From: Paraspadella gotoi
Lineage: Eukaryota; Animalia; Chaetognatha
Direction of reading: 5' to 3'
Assembly (NCBI GenBank): GCA_051294375.1
Contig: CM119269.1
Coordinates: 17,532,265-17,596,264, forward strand
Length of the DNA stretch: 64,000 nt
The notes below the pieces were generated by a model. The model was not told the origin of the DNA and made no database searches. It saw only the letters and a list, made by a program, of their open reading frames with translations. Position 1 is the stretch's first letter. Each line of letters opens with the position of its first letter. Below, piece after piece: positions 33,041 to 63,805 of this stretch. The position numbers and the translations under genes are program-made.

Positions 33041-35192
33041 GAGGGTAAAAGAGGAGGAAGAGGAGAAAGACGCTTACGAGAAGAGGGTTTTCACCAATGG
33101 CATTGACCGAATATTCGCAATACGATATCACCATTGATGACTGACGAGGGCAGCTTAAACTTGGCGTAATCTTTTTTATATTTTTTTTGTCTTGAAATAT
33201 AATTTATTTACAAATTGAATCCCCAGTGGAAAAGAAATATCAATTCTCGTAAACACTTTTTAGTGTTCTATCTTGATTATTTACTTAATACTTTTGGAAA
33301 TTCAGAATTCGTAAACGAGGTTTGTTGACGAAACAACTATAATAGATAATCTATTTCTAAATACATTGCGATTCAATAAGTTAACATGCGGTTTCTAGGA
33401 ATAATAAAATATTTGACGTCTATTCTTTTAAAAAGGGGTCTAAAAGGACAAGTTTGGGTAGAACCGTATAAGGTTATAGAGAGAGTTGAAAGTTAAGGGA
33501 CATTTGTACTACAACGTGGCCAGCGAAGCGGTTACGAGAATTCAAAAATAACTGCTTACATTCGGCACAATCTTGATCCTACAGATTTTTGTAGTTCACT
33601 AAAATGCAAAGTGACCAAGAAATAAAATAAAAAACAAAAAACACAGCCTAGCTATTAAAACATAAGGATTAGGGAGGTCAAATGCCACGACTCCCAAGAA
33701 CCTTGTTTAATGACACCTTAATAATTTTAGAGCCTTGTCGGAAAAAATGTTTAAAGTCAATAAGCCAGTATGCTATAAATAGGTACTTAAAATGCAGTAT
33801 CTTTTCGATCCTCGCTCCATGACATTCGACCCCCAAAATGAAAACGACCGTCAAAGTTTCCTTCGGCTTTGAAGACCAATTGCGTGAAATCAAATGAAAC
33901 ATTCCGCACGTAAATTATTATCCAATCATCCAATCTCATGGTTAAATGATATAGTTTTCTCGCATTAACATGTGATTTGATTTTTTTTGGAATGTATGTT
34001 TTTACACGCACGTATTTTTAATACCGTAATATTTGAATGCAATGAAATTTGGAGAATGCACGGTGCACGCGGCACATATGTATTTAGTTTCTATGTCGAA
34101 CCTCTTAGCAATCATTAGTTGTATCACATTATCTCAAACATCAAGTCATCTGAAAAATAATGATAATTATTTTACGACTATAAACTTCAAATCTTATATT
34201 TTTACCAATAGCTTGAAAATAAATAATATTTTTTTCGTAAATATCTTGAAGAAGCGTCTTTAAAGACTTTTATTTTTTCGGATGACAGGCGGCTTGACAT
34301 TCATCGCCAAAAACATTCATAAAATAAAAAACGTCAAAAAACATTTTACATAGTAATTTAGAGATTGATGATGCCGATTTGATGAATTAGAGAGCATTGT
34401 CTATCAGAGGATTGAACTATGGTAAATAAATAGGATAAGTGCTCAAATTTTTTTTTTTTGAAAACACGAATCGCGAAACAAAATCACATATTAACAAAAT
34501 TAAAGAAACAGAAAATTTTGAAGATAATAATCGATTTCGAATGAACTTTTGTGTTTTTTTTACGCAGCAAAACAAACTTCGAATTCCTAAAAAACCTTGT
34601 GGTGCAAATATATTTGATTTATTGGTCCAACGTCATTGGTATGCTTGTGGAATCTAGTTTCGAAGCGAATAATTTTTCCTACTAAATCCATATATAAAAA
34701 TTACGTAAGCGATTATCATAAAAAGTTATAAAAATGACAAAAAAATAATCTAAAGATGGAAAAACCGTGAAAACAGAGTATTTAAAACCGTCATATTTTT
34801 ATAATAGTTAAAATGACACCTAGTCAATTTTTTAAAATAAATCTGTCGTTTAATCGGAAGGTGATAACGAAATACGTAATTTCATTTGACATTATCCGTG
34901 CATATTTAATATAGGAATATAGAAAAGCTAAGTGGTAATCTTGGCACCAACCGTTTTTTAGACGCATTCGAAGGCAGATCTCCGTTTAGAGAAATAATCA
35001 CAATTTAGTCACAATTTAATCACGAGTTAGAGAAAGGGTGACGAGAACAATACTTTTGTTAAAAAGGGGCATAGAAGAGACAAGTGAAGTTTGGGAAAAT
35101 GGTGAACCTGGGAGTGAACGTGACGGAGTCACGGGAGTGAATTTAAAGAGATCCAAGGGGTAAAAAAAAAGGGGGGGGGGAGGTGATAAGGA

Positions 35193-35206
35193 GTTGCCAT
35201 GGGAAC
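35193..35206. promoter_or_regulatory. RFX X-box-like motif GTTGCCATGGGAAC
   Basis: 13/14 match to the palindromic X-box GTTGCCATGGCAAC; target gene unclear. Confidence 0.45.
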
Positions 35207-35620
35207 CGTTGCGAAGAGGTAGAAATCACTGTCGAGTTGAAATGAGTCAAAATTCCGATTTCCGTGAGTTTGCAGTCTCAGTCGCTTATCCGTATTAATT
35301 CAGCTGGTTATGGTCTTCCGGTCAGTTTGCATGCGAAACCGCACGCATGTTCGCACGGTCGCACGCAAGTTCGCACTCGCAATCACATAGGTCCAATTTT
35401 TTTTTTTGGGGGGGAGGGATAGGGGGGGGGGAAGGGGGGCGAAGATTCCTCCTCGGGTTTCTTTCTTATTTTATTTTTCTCAGTTCGAATTCGTTCGTTT
35501 GGCTTTTTTTTCGTTGATTAATCGAAAACATTCGCGCGCTGATCAGAACAACAACAAACTCAACGACAACAACAAGAAAACAAAATAAAATCTCTTGAAT
35601 ATCGTATCGACTTGACCCGT

Positions 35621-37953
35621 TCAAGCGCTGCCCTTCTTTTCCTCCTCTTCCTCCTCCTAAAAAAAAAATTAATTAAATTTAACGATTTAAAAAAAAGGGG
35701 GAAAAATATCGAGATCTGGTTTAAAAATAACATTAAAAATCTAAACTAAAAACATTTTTATTTTAAAGGACTTTTATAAATATTTTGAATTAAAAATAAT
35801 ACATTATATTGTTATGAATATCGTAAATTTTATCGAAAATTAAAAAAAAAAAATTTCAAATACCTCATCCTCTTCCTCTTGGGCAAGAAGTTCCTTGGCC
35901 AACTTGACCGCTTGAAATTCGTTGTAATGAGCTTTTCGCCTGATGACAAAATTTGTTTTAATTAAAAACTCAAATCTCATCAATCGTTGACCCTTAACGT
36001 AGTCGATGCGGCACAAATCACATCCGGCACGAAATTATGATCTCCGCGGAGAGGGGGGTCAAGAGCGAGGTACGGGGCCGGGACAGAGGTGGGGGGGTGG
36101 AAGCGGATCTAGAAAATACCAGGGGAGCGATTTCGTGCCCGGTGCGAATTTTTTAAAATTTCGTGTCAAATTTTTTTTTTAATTTAAGGAATAAGACGAA
36201 AGGTCGGTTGATACGATGGGTCATCTTGACATTGCATAAAGCCATCCCGATAACTATACGTTCGTACGCGCAAAAACATAGAGACACACACACTCCAAAA
36301 AATAAACCTGGACTCGAACTCTAGACGTTTTTGCTTCTGCTCGGGCGTCTCCTCCTCCTCCTCCTCCTCTTCATCGTCAGAAGCTTCGAGTCTCTGCAGC
36401 ACTTTGGGTTTCTCGCTGAGGCGTTTCTCCAAGTCTCCTGAGGCGGAGAGGATCCCTCCCGCGGCTGGTTGGGGGCGATTGGGTGGGTCGGGGAAAGGTC
36501 GGGGAAGGTCGGGGGTTGGTCGGGGAAAGGTTGCGGTGGTTTGTTGGTCTCATTTTTTACAAATGGCGTCGATAGTGATGATTACATGACATTACATTAC
36601 ATGACATTACATTACATGACATTCGTATAATTCGACCCAAATCGGGGATTTTTTAAACGTATTTACTTGTTTGAAATTGTTTACAACAACGATTAAAACA
36701 TAATTAATGCTGTTGTGTTATTTTCCTTTCTTTTTCGTTGCGTTTATAATATTGAGAAAAGTTTGAAATTGATTACCAACACGAGTTTGTTTATTAATTA
36801 AAAACGGACATGTTTAATCGTTTGTTGTAATCAATTTCAAACTTTTCTCTATATTATAAACGCACGAAAAAGAAAGGAAAATAACACAATAGCATAATTA
36901 TTTTAATTAACATTTAATTCTTGATAAAATTGACTTTTTCCTTCTCTATTCATAACCGAATTGTCGTCGTCGTCGTCTGTTTCTCTCACCATTGTCCTCG
37001 TCGCCGTCCATGTAGATAGAGGGCGTCGGCGGTTTCGTCCACCTTCATGTGTCCGTAATCTTTGTCGGGCGATGGTAAGTGGCGAGTATGTTCATCTCAT
37101 CCCATTTCATCCCGTGCGGTTTGGAACTCGGGCTCTGATTGGACCAGGCGTCGGGGGTAAGTGAGAGGAGAGTTACAAAAGGGTTTTTTTTTTTTTTAAG
37201 GTTTGAATAGAAAATGATTGAAGCTCAATTAAATTAAAACTCAATTAAATTTAAAATTGAAACTCAATTAAATTTAAAATTGAAACTCGAAAATTTAATT
37301 GAACTATTAAATTTAAAATTGAAACTCGATTAAATTTAAAATTGAAACTCGATTAAATTTAAATTGAAACTTGATTAAATTTAAAATTGAAACTCGATTA
37401 AATTTAAAATTGAACTCAATTAAATTTAAAATTGAAACTCAATTAAATTTAAAATTGAAACTCGATTAAATTTAAAATTGAAACTCGATTAAATTTAAAA
37501 TTGAAACTCATTAAATTAAAAATTGAACTCATTAAATTTAAAATTGAAACTCAATTAAATTTAAAATACTAATTAAATTGAAACTCAATTAAAATTTAAA
37601 AATTGAAACTCAATTAAATATTTTCCCCCCCGAGTTTTCTTTTCTTAACAACTTAATATCAGTATATTTAATAAAATTCATTACAAAGTAACTAAATAAT
37701 TCCCGCCTTGTGACATTTAGCCATTTAGCCATTTAGCCACAACGGATCGCTACACCCTGTAAAATTGACATCTGACTCAGAGTCGACGCTCATAGAAAAT
37801 TGATGCACTGAAGGACGGAAACCCCCTTGGACCTGACTCTCGGGCGATGCCACCGCGGATGCCCGTCCCCTTGTCGATGGCTGCGGCGACGTTTTCAAGA
37901 TGCTCGACGGGGACGGGTGCTGCTCGATGTGGACGCCATGCCCTCCTCGACTG

Positions 37954-37954
<1 letters not shown>
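35621..37954 (-). CDS. PPP1R2: Protein phosphatase 1 inhibitor-2 (first exon not resolved, possibly ATG ~38291; two compensating indels near 37034-37070)
   Basis: SILK motif, MKWDEMNILATYH, DKDYGHMKVDE.PTP, FESRRKAHYNEF and acidic tail EEEEEEKKGSA*. Confidence 0.88.
36692..36906. repeat. Long inverted repeat (~85-bp arms), foldback/MITE-like, in a PPP1R2 intron
   Basis: Left arm ..tgttattttcctttctttttcgttgcgtttataatattgagaaaagtttgaaattgattac is the near reverse complement of right arm gtaatcaatttcaaacttttctctatattataaacgcacgaaaaagaaaggaaaataaca.. Confidence 0.8.
37224..37619. repeat. AT-rich ~23-bp minisatellite (aaactc(a/g)attaaatttaaaattg), ~17 copies
   Basis: Tandem units visible directly in a PPP1R2 intron. 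Confidence 0.9.
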
Positions 37955-38024
<70 letters not shown>

Positions 38025-38358
38025 TCTTATTTCGTGATAGTTGAAAATTATATCAAAACTTAGTGGAAGAAAATAAATGTAGAATACGAAGTGCCTTAGA
38101 AAAGTCGCCGCACGAGAAGTAAAACGTTCAGGCGAATCAATATAAAATCGAAACGAAAATAATCATTTCTCAAATTTTTAAAAATAATAACTAGTCAAAT
38201 TTTGCTCTATTGACGTGAAGACTAAAGTGCCCAAATGAAAAACGCAGAGAAAAAAATAAAACTAGTTTTTGACGCTTGGAGTCGTTTTCATCTTTCTAGT
38301 TGAGTGATCTAACGCTAGGGCGGCGCAAAAGACGAAAGAAGAGAAGAAAACAAAAGAC

Positions 38359-38370
38359 GTCCCTAGCAAC
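38359..38370. promoter_or_regulatory. RFX X-box-like motif GTCCCTAGCAAC in the divergent PPP1R2/SPEF1 promoter
   Basis: Contains the CCTAGCAAC half-site, with a second GTTGCC half-site ~17 bp downstream; lies upstream of a motile-cilium gene. Confidence 0.55.
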
Positions 38371-38857
38371 GGTGGGGTAGTCGTTCGTTGCCAATCAACA
38401 AATCATCACTTTACAACGCGGGATTTGCGAAAAGAAAAAGTTTAATACACGTTCGGCGTTCATTATATCAATAAAACAACATAATACGCTTTCTCTAGAT
38501 TATTAATAATATAAATCTTTTGTTTAGAGGCTGTTGCGTACCAAAAATATTGAGGTCGCACCTTTAATCACGCAACGAGTCCGATACCAATAATATTTAT
38601 TTCGAAAACCGCAGATAAGAAACATGCAATCGTTTCATTTCATTTTGCATTTCAAAGAAAATGGAGTTTGAAGTTGATAAAATCGATCGAACTAAATTTT
38701 TAGTCTAAAAATAAAGCATGAACCGAAAAAACCAATTCTGAATTCAGCTTCGTACTTGACTAATACGTCGTCGAGAGAAAGGTAAGACTAAGGTTGAAAA
38801 TCAAACACTGATGTCTGAATAAAATATATATTATATATGAATATGACAAAGATAAGA

Positions 38858-38990
38858 CAATCAATCAATCAAAAAATCAATAAATCAATAAATCAAGCAA
38901 TCAGTCAAGCAATAAATCAATAAATCAATATATCAATCAATCAATCAATAAATCAATCAATAAATAAAGAAAACAATAAATCAATAAATT

Positions 38991-39053
<63 letters not shown>

Positions 39054-39068
39054 CGAACAAATCAATCA
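38858..39068. repeat. (TCAA)n/(TAAA)n tetranucleotide tract immediately 5' of the SPEF1 ATG
   Basis: Visible directly. Confidence 0.9.
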
Positions 39069-39070
39069 GA

Positions 39071-39205
39071 ATGTCGGCGGGAGATTTAGATGAAGACACG
39101 CTCCGGGAAATCTACGAGTGGATCGACGAAATTCCTCTTTCGCGACTCAAAAGATCAATGACGAGGGATTTCTCCGACGGGATGCTCGTTGCGGAAGTCA
39201 TTCAC

Positions 39206-39293
<88 letters not shown>

Positions 39294-40063
39294 AAAGAAA
39301 GAAGGAAAAGAAAGAAAAGAAAAAAGAAAGAAAGAAAGAAAGAAAGAAAGAAAAAAGAAAGAAAGAAAGAAATGTTCCCATTTCCATTTGATCAGCACTA
39401 CTTCCCCAAAATGGTCGAAATCCACAATTATTCTCCGGCCAACTCCTCCGCACAAAAGTTGAACAACTGGGGAGTCCTGCAACGCAAAGTCTTTTCTCGG
39501 CTCAAAATCTCGGTTCCGGAACCAGTGAGTTTTTTTTTTCTTCCTTCATCCCCTTTGCCGCCCACCGTCTCACCCCAACCCCATCGCTCAGGTGGTTCGC
39601 GCCATCTGCAACAACCGACCCGGGGTCGTCGAGATGGTGCTGCTCCAAGTCAAGCAACGCATCGAGGAGCGCCTCTCCACTCGTAACGCCTCAAACGGAA
39701 ACTCCACGCCCTCGTCCGATGCACCGGAGGAAGACGGAATGGGTCGCGTCAGCGTCAAAGTTTGTTGTTGTTGTTGTTGTCGTTGACGCTTTTCCAACAG
39801 AACTGTAATAAGTATAAAATAACGTTTTCCCCAGGTGCAAGTGGGCGGGTCCGACACCTCCAGCCTCCACGCCCTCCTCAAATCGGCCTACGGAGATTCC
39901 CTCAGCGTCGCACAGACGGTGCCAAGGATTCTTTACGAAGAGAAGGAGCAGGTGCGTTGTTGGATTCGTCAATCAATATTAAAAAATGTAATATATATAA
40001 AAACAAATATTAAAAAAAAATTTAAATCAATCTTTAAATAAATTAAATAAGTAAATTAAAAAA

Positions 40064-40094
<31 letters not shown>

Positions 40095-40420
40095 ATTCAT
40101 TAATATATCCATCAACCAATAAATTAACTAATCAATCAATCATTCAAATAGAAAATGAATTAGTTATCAATTATACAATTTCAAAAAAAAAAAAAAAATC
40201 TATCCCTCTACTTATCTATCTGATCTAACTATCAATCCAATCTTATCGGAACGAAAAGGAATGCCTGGCCAAGGACGAGACGATCCAGATCCTCCAAGCG
40301 AAGATGCGTCGGCTCGAGCATCTAGTGACTCTGAAGGACGCGCGGATGAAAGAGATGGCGGAAAAGATCGAACTCTTGGAATCCGCCGCCAAAGATAATC
40401 CCTACGGATCATTGCGGTGA
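39071..40420 (+). CDS. SPEF1: Sperm flagellar protein 1 (CLAMP; calponin-homology domain + coiled coil)
   Basis: IYEWIDEIPLSRLKRSMTRDFSDGMLVAEVIH|HYFPKMVEIHNYSPANSSAQKLNNW..RKVF; C-terminal EEKEQ|ECLAKDETIQILQAKMRRLEHLVTLKD. Confidence 0.94.
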
Positions 40421-40475
40421 AACGAAATAAATTGAGGCGAAAAAATAACTGATCCGCCGGATTTGCCAACTCTCA

Positions 40476-40550
40476 CCGACGCTCGCCGACGCTCGCCGAC
40501 GCTCGCCGACGCTCGCCGACGCTCGCCGACGCTCGCCGACGCTCGCCGAC
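40476..40550. repeat. 10-bp GC-rich tandem repeat (cgacgctcgc) x7, 3' of SPEF1
   Basis: Visible directly. Confidence 0.9.
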
Positions 40551-41302
40551 TTTCGCCCATGTTATGCCGACTATGACCGACTTTTTTATTCCCCCCCATT
40601 TTTTTTGGCTCCCATGATGACCCCGCTTGCTTTTTTTTTTGTGGCTCATTTCTTGTGCTGGAAGAAAAACGAAATACGAAGGTGTTATTTTCCTTTTACG
40701 TTAACTGAAAAGATGGTTAATTTCGTATTGTGTAATAAACTCTCGATATTCGAGGATACGGATACCAACAAAAACTTTCACGTATTTAGTAACATAAGTG
40801 GTTTCCGATTTTTTTTTTTGCCAGTCCTTGCTTATTGAGCAGGACCCTGTTTATTTTATGAACTTCTTTTTGTCGTCGATTTTCTCTCTTTTTTCCATCC
40901 ACCCACTTCTAAGTTTTTTTTTTCTCGACTTCTCCCCAGTCCCCCATCGCCTGGCTAATTCCAATATTCATAATTCATTCTAATTTCCTGGATTTTAGAT
41001 TCGGTTAGTTAAATTTCGTTCTATCGAATTAACCAAATATTGACTCGTTATATTCTAGTTGTTAGAAAGATGCGACGAAATCATTTTTCTTCATGCGAGG
41101 TATTACGGAAAACAGAAAAAACAAAAAAATATTTAAAAAAAATCAATGATTATTGATTACAACAAAGACCGCAACAAAACAGTATTAAATTGTATAAAAC
41201 AAAATGTAGCTGCTAAAAAAAGTCCACAAAAGTCAACGACAGTAACTCAAACAACAGTAAACAACAGACTCTGAAAAAAAGTGTCTCGTTTTCGATCTCA
41301 CG

Positions 41303-46417
<5,115 letters not shown>

Positions 46418-47212
46418 TAATTGATTCGTATGAATTTTTGGTGGTCTTTATCAGCGTTATTGGTTTCCCCGAGAAAGTCACAGCCACAATAAAGTATTCG
46501 CGTTACAGTGAGCCGTTTCTATATTTGTTAACTCTGTCTGTTAATCTTTTAAAACCCGTTGTAACGCATTTTATGAAACGTGAGATACCATGACAAAATT
46601 GATTAAACTGGGCTAAGCGAGATTACCCATTTAAATAATCAGTTTTTATAATTTTTTTGTAATACTAATAAGGACAGAGATTCTGATACAGATACTGAAG
46701 AAATTAAATAGTGGACCCCCGGTTATGGTTGGCACGGGATAATAGTTACACGAATTATTAATTATAAATTCTGATAACTTATACTGTACGTCTGTTTTGA
46801 ATCCTTACAAAAAGCTACCTGTTATGCATGTATGCTACACCGATAAAAACGTATGGCATCAGTTTTTCGCTTCACTCGCTGTCCCCGTCTATCTCTGTCT
46901 CTCATGAAGTAATCACGCAAATGAAAATTAAAAAAGCGACGAATACAATTACAGACTAAACAAAATATGCTCAGGTTTTACAAAAAAGTGTTTGTTTATC
47001 CCGTTATCTTCGTTCAAATTTATGTCATCAAAAACCAAACAAACTAAATAACACGACACTGCACGAGATAAACCGTTTTATTCCCGCGTCTATTCCGATT
47101 TTTTTTTACAGTGTGATATTCTCAAACTGCCAAACAATGGGAGAAACTGTCGCTCAAAACCAAACAGTATTTATTAAACTTTTTTCGTTGAACCTTTAAT
47201 TCGTTGGTTTCA

Positions 47213-59634
<12,422 letters not shown>

Positions 59635-61241
59635 CGATAACAACAACGACAATAACCGTTAATTAACCGCGATAACCTTGATGGTTTTGTCCTCGCCCGA
59701 CGAAATACTCCTTTTCGAACCAGAGAAACAAAGATACTTGCGGATTTCAAGCTGATTTCAGCTTCAGAACGATATTACCTCCACTTGGCCACTTTTTTTT
59801 TATTCATTTAATTTTTTTTTTATATTCGACTTTTAACTGTGAACGGTTTTTTGGAATACGCAAATAAAAGCAACAACAGTTGCAATGCATAGTTCGCATA
59901 CCATATTGGATTTTACGGGTTAACAATTTTTTTTTCTTACAACCCGGAACTTTTGAATTTCTACTTGAATTTTTAACTTTTTATACATTTTTTAGCACTT
60001 GCTCACTGTGATCTAAAATTTTTTTATCCTAAATTTGTAAAGCAATTTTATGTTATGTCATTTGTAATCACCATGATAAAGTTGCTTTATTTAAAGCATG
60101 AATAAATTGTAAGTAGTTGATAATTGTAGTTTTGTATAATTTAACTCGCTCATAGTCCGCTATTTATGTGCTTATGTAACGCGACCACGTCACACGAACA
60201 ACACCAATCAAAACAACAATATGCGAAATTAGAAATAAGGTTTTATATTTTTTTAAACTGCGGCTACTTTTTGTTTAGAAATTGAAGCATTGTCAAAAAG
60301 ATGTCTTCCACTGGTAGTCGCCGGATTTCTTTTTTTAACTGATGAACAGCTGATGTGATCATACTCCCTTCGTTTTCTATCTTTCTCTTTGCAATTCAAA
60401 AAACCACGCCGAGGTTCGGTATCTCTCTCTTTCTAACTTTGTCTCTCCTCTCAAACTCTCTGCTATCACAAAAGATAATATCCAGAAAATACAAGGTGAT
60501 GGAAAGTCAAGAATACTCTCTAATATCACATTAGCTGAAAAAAGGAGATGATGAGCAATGCATTGATACCGTCGATAAAATTAAATCGAAAGAAGTTTGA
60601 CAGGCAGGAAGGTGGGCGTGGGGAGTAAGTCTTGGTAGAGGGAGTTGGGGAGAAAAGGACAAAGAAAAGAACAAAGGAACAACAGTTTGGGACGGGTGGA
60701 AGGAGGAACAGGCTGGATCTACTTTTATATTTTGGCACTTGCTTTTTTTTTTCCGAACCCACAGTGAAATCCCGATCCATCGAGTCTTTAAAAATTTCAC
60801 GATTCATAATATCGGGATTTGACTCTTTTCACTTTTTTTTCTGAGATTGAAATTTTCTCCCATCATGCATTCATTCCGTATTTTCTTTTTAATATTTCTT
60901 TACACCATAAAAAAAACAGAAAGAATAATATTAACGAAAAACTCGGAAAAAAAATATCTGTACATGAAAGAGACGTGATAAAGTTGATGACGATGAGCTG
61001 TAAAAATGCGATTTAAAAAAACAAAACAGGGACTTTTGTTTTGTTTGTATTTGTTTTTTAAAATTTGTTGTTTTTTTTTCATATGGAAAGGCGAAGATAA
61101 ATTCACGTTCGATACCGTGATTCAGTGATACAGTCGTTTTTTTTTGTGAAACTTTTTTTTTATTTGTTTTTTGCGTTTTATTTTTTTGTTCTTTTTTTTT
61201 TCACAAAAACAAAATGGCGGAATTAAAGAGCGACGTCGTCG

Positions 61242-63018
61242 TCACCGCGCCGTCTTTTTCTTCGGCGTCCGTCCGTTCTTTTCCTTCAACAACGACGTCG
61301 TCGTAGTCGTCGTCGGCGCGGTGGTCGGCGATCCGTAGATCTGATTGACGAAAGCGATTTGTCCGTACGCGTATCCATCGCTCTTGCCGAGTTTCCGCCT
61401 CGCCGCTTTGTAAGCGACGACGACGAGAACGACGAGGACGACGACGCCGGTGCCGATTCCAGCCACGACCGGCGCCACGGTTGAAACGGCGTCGTTGCCG
61501 ACGTTGTCACCCTGCTGGCGCTCAGGCGGACGTCGCGGTCGCGGCTGCGGCGGCTGAGGCGTCGGCGCGGCGGCCGCTGCTCCGCCGCACATGGTCCGCA
61601 TCTCGATCCGGAAGAGAAGCAGCGGCATGCGTCCCTGTTTGCAGGCGAAGCCGTCGCCTTTGATGTCGCCCAAGGCGGCGTCGGAAGAGTTGAGCCACCG
61701 AAGGAAGTCGACGCCCTCGCAGGAGCAGTCGAAGGAGTTGCCCTCGAGGCGGAGGGAGCTGAGGGTGTCGACGAGGAGTTGGGAGAAGATCTCCGCGTCG
61801 GAGACCCAGAGGCGGTTAAAGGACAGATCGAGGACCTAGTCGTGTTAATTCAAAGGAGGAAGCCTTTTTGTATTTAAACAATCTTAATTAAAGACAATTT
61901 GTAATAATATTCTACTTCTTAGTAGTTTGTTTTCGTTTTTTTTTAATTTTAAGAAATGTATTCTTCTTCTCGACTCGCCTTCAAGGACGGCAGATCCAGA
62001 AACACCCCGGGTGCGACATTTTCGAGCCGATTCTGGCTCAAATCGAGGCTCTTCAGCCCCCGTAGCCCTCGAAAGAGCCCGGCGGGCGCGAGAGCCTTAA
62101 GTTTGTTCCCGCGGACGGAGAGAGTCTCCAGGTTGGTCAGCCTCCCGTCGGCGAAATCTCTCGTCGAGAGTGTCGTGATGCTGAAGGAGGAGAATGTGAA
62201 TTTGTTGAATAGGAAACATTTGAATATGAATGAAATTGGTACAACCAATATAAAAATAATCCTTAGATAAAATAAATAAGCTTCGCTCTTAACTTTGGAC
62301 AGACAGTTTTGTCATGTTGAAACGTTAATTCTGATTATAAATAAAATGTGAATAAATATGAATAGAAATAGAGAAAAAGGAACACGGTTCAAAAATGTTT
62401 GCGTCTAAATCTTGCTAGAACCATACATTGTATGGCATACAATTCATAGTATGCATAGTATGCTTCTAATTAATTGGAAACAAATGAACATACCCGTTGA
62501 AGCCGAGATCCAAGGTCCTCAGCGCCGGCAGCGCCGCGGCTTCCCTCGGCACTTGCGACAGGCGGTTCCGCGCCAGGTCGAGCCTCTCCAGCCCGGTTAG
62601 GCCCGACAGGCCGCCCACTGTGCCCACGCGGTTACGGCTGAGGTCAAGGCGACGGAGATGGGGCAGGTCGAGGGCGAGGAGCGGATCGTCGAAGGCGGAG
62701 AGGCGGTTCCGCGAGAGGTCGAGGCTGCGGAGGCGGGAGCCGGAGAGGAAGTCGAAGGTGGAGTTGGAAACGCTCGTCAAGTCGACGGCGGAGAGGTTAA
62801 GGGAGACGAGAGTGGAGACTTCCTGGGAAGTGGGTTGGGGGAACGAGAGTGTTTGACTTGGGCTATTCAATTCATTATTCATTATTCATTATTCATAATC
62901 ATTATCACATTAATCGTTATGATCAGCAAACGTTATCATCATCATCATTATCGTAATAATAATTATCATCATCAACAACTAGATCATGATCATTCTTTTC
63001 AACGTCATCTTTATCTTT

Positions 63019-63090
<72 letters not shown>

Positions 63091-63805
63091 TTCCTCACTT
63101 GAAGCCCCCTCAGGATGTTCCGGACGTTATCGTCTCCGCCGACGCGCGAGTTGGTCAAGTCTGGGTTGAAGGCGAGGTTGAGCGACTCGAACCCTCGGGG
63201 CAGACTGCGCAGCGCGTCCTCGTGAACGGAGCGGAGTCCGCAGCGTGAGAGATCCAGTTCGCGAAGGTTGGACAGGTCTCGAAGGGGCTGTCGGAGGAGA
63301 GAATGGAAGGAAATGATTCGATAGTCAATAGCAGAAATGCTATCCAAGTAACCCACCATCTTTGTTCCTCTTTGTTCAACCCCTACCCCACTCCCCCCAT
63401 CACCAACCTCCAAACTCCCCGCCTCGATTCTCCCGATTTTGTTTCCATCGAGACTCAAGCTCTTCAGCGCCCGAAGTCGACGAAAGTGATTTCCCAGCCG
63501 CAGCCGCGCCGCGTCGCGATTGGCGCCGACGCTGAGCCGCTGCAGCCGGGTGGCGTGACGCAGCGCCGCGTCGACGGCCGACAGATCGAAGGCGTTGTGG
63601 TCGAGGCGGAGGCGGAGTAGGCGTGGCACGGCGCGGAGCACTTCCGGTCGCAGCGACGAGAGGGCGTTGTGGGAAAGATCGAGGTCTTCCAGGGAGGAGG
63701 CGAGACCGGAGAAGGCCGACGCCTCCACGGCCGAGAGGCTCATGTTGGAGAGGGAGAGGCGGCGGAGGGCGGTGAGGTTGACGAAGCGGTTGGGCGGGAT
63801 GGAGC
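61242..63805 (-). CDS. LRR + LRR-CT + single transmembrane helix protein with a short tail (TLR-like ectodomain, no TIR); 5' exons beyond the window end
   Basis: Many extracellular-type LRRs (LEDLDLSHNALSSL, LRRLDLSRNRV, LKSLDLSQNRL), LRR-CT GNSFDCSCEG..WL..C..C, TM VVAGIGTGVVVLVVLVVVAY, basic stop-transfer KAARRK, ~50-aa tail. Confidence 0.88.
63020..63089. repeat. (ATC)n microsatellite, intronic
   Basis: Visible directly. Confidence 0.95.

Noticed and set aside
33678-34011. Short minus-strand ORFs
   Set aside because: No identifiable family or linked exons.
36024-36142. Possible MITE with ~12-bp inverted ends (ccggcacgaaat / atttcgtgcccgg)
   Set aside because: Short imperfect ends, single copy in the window and no clear target-site duplication.
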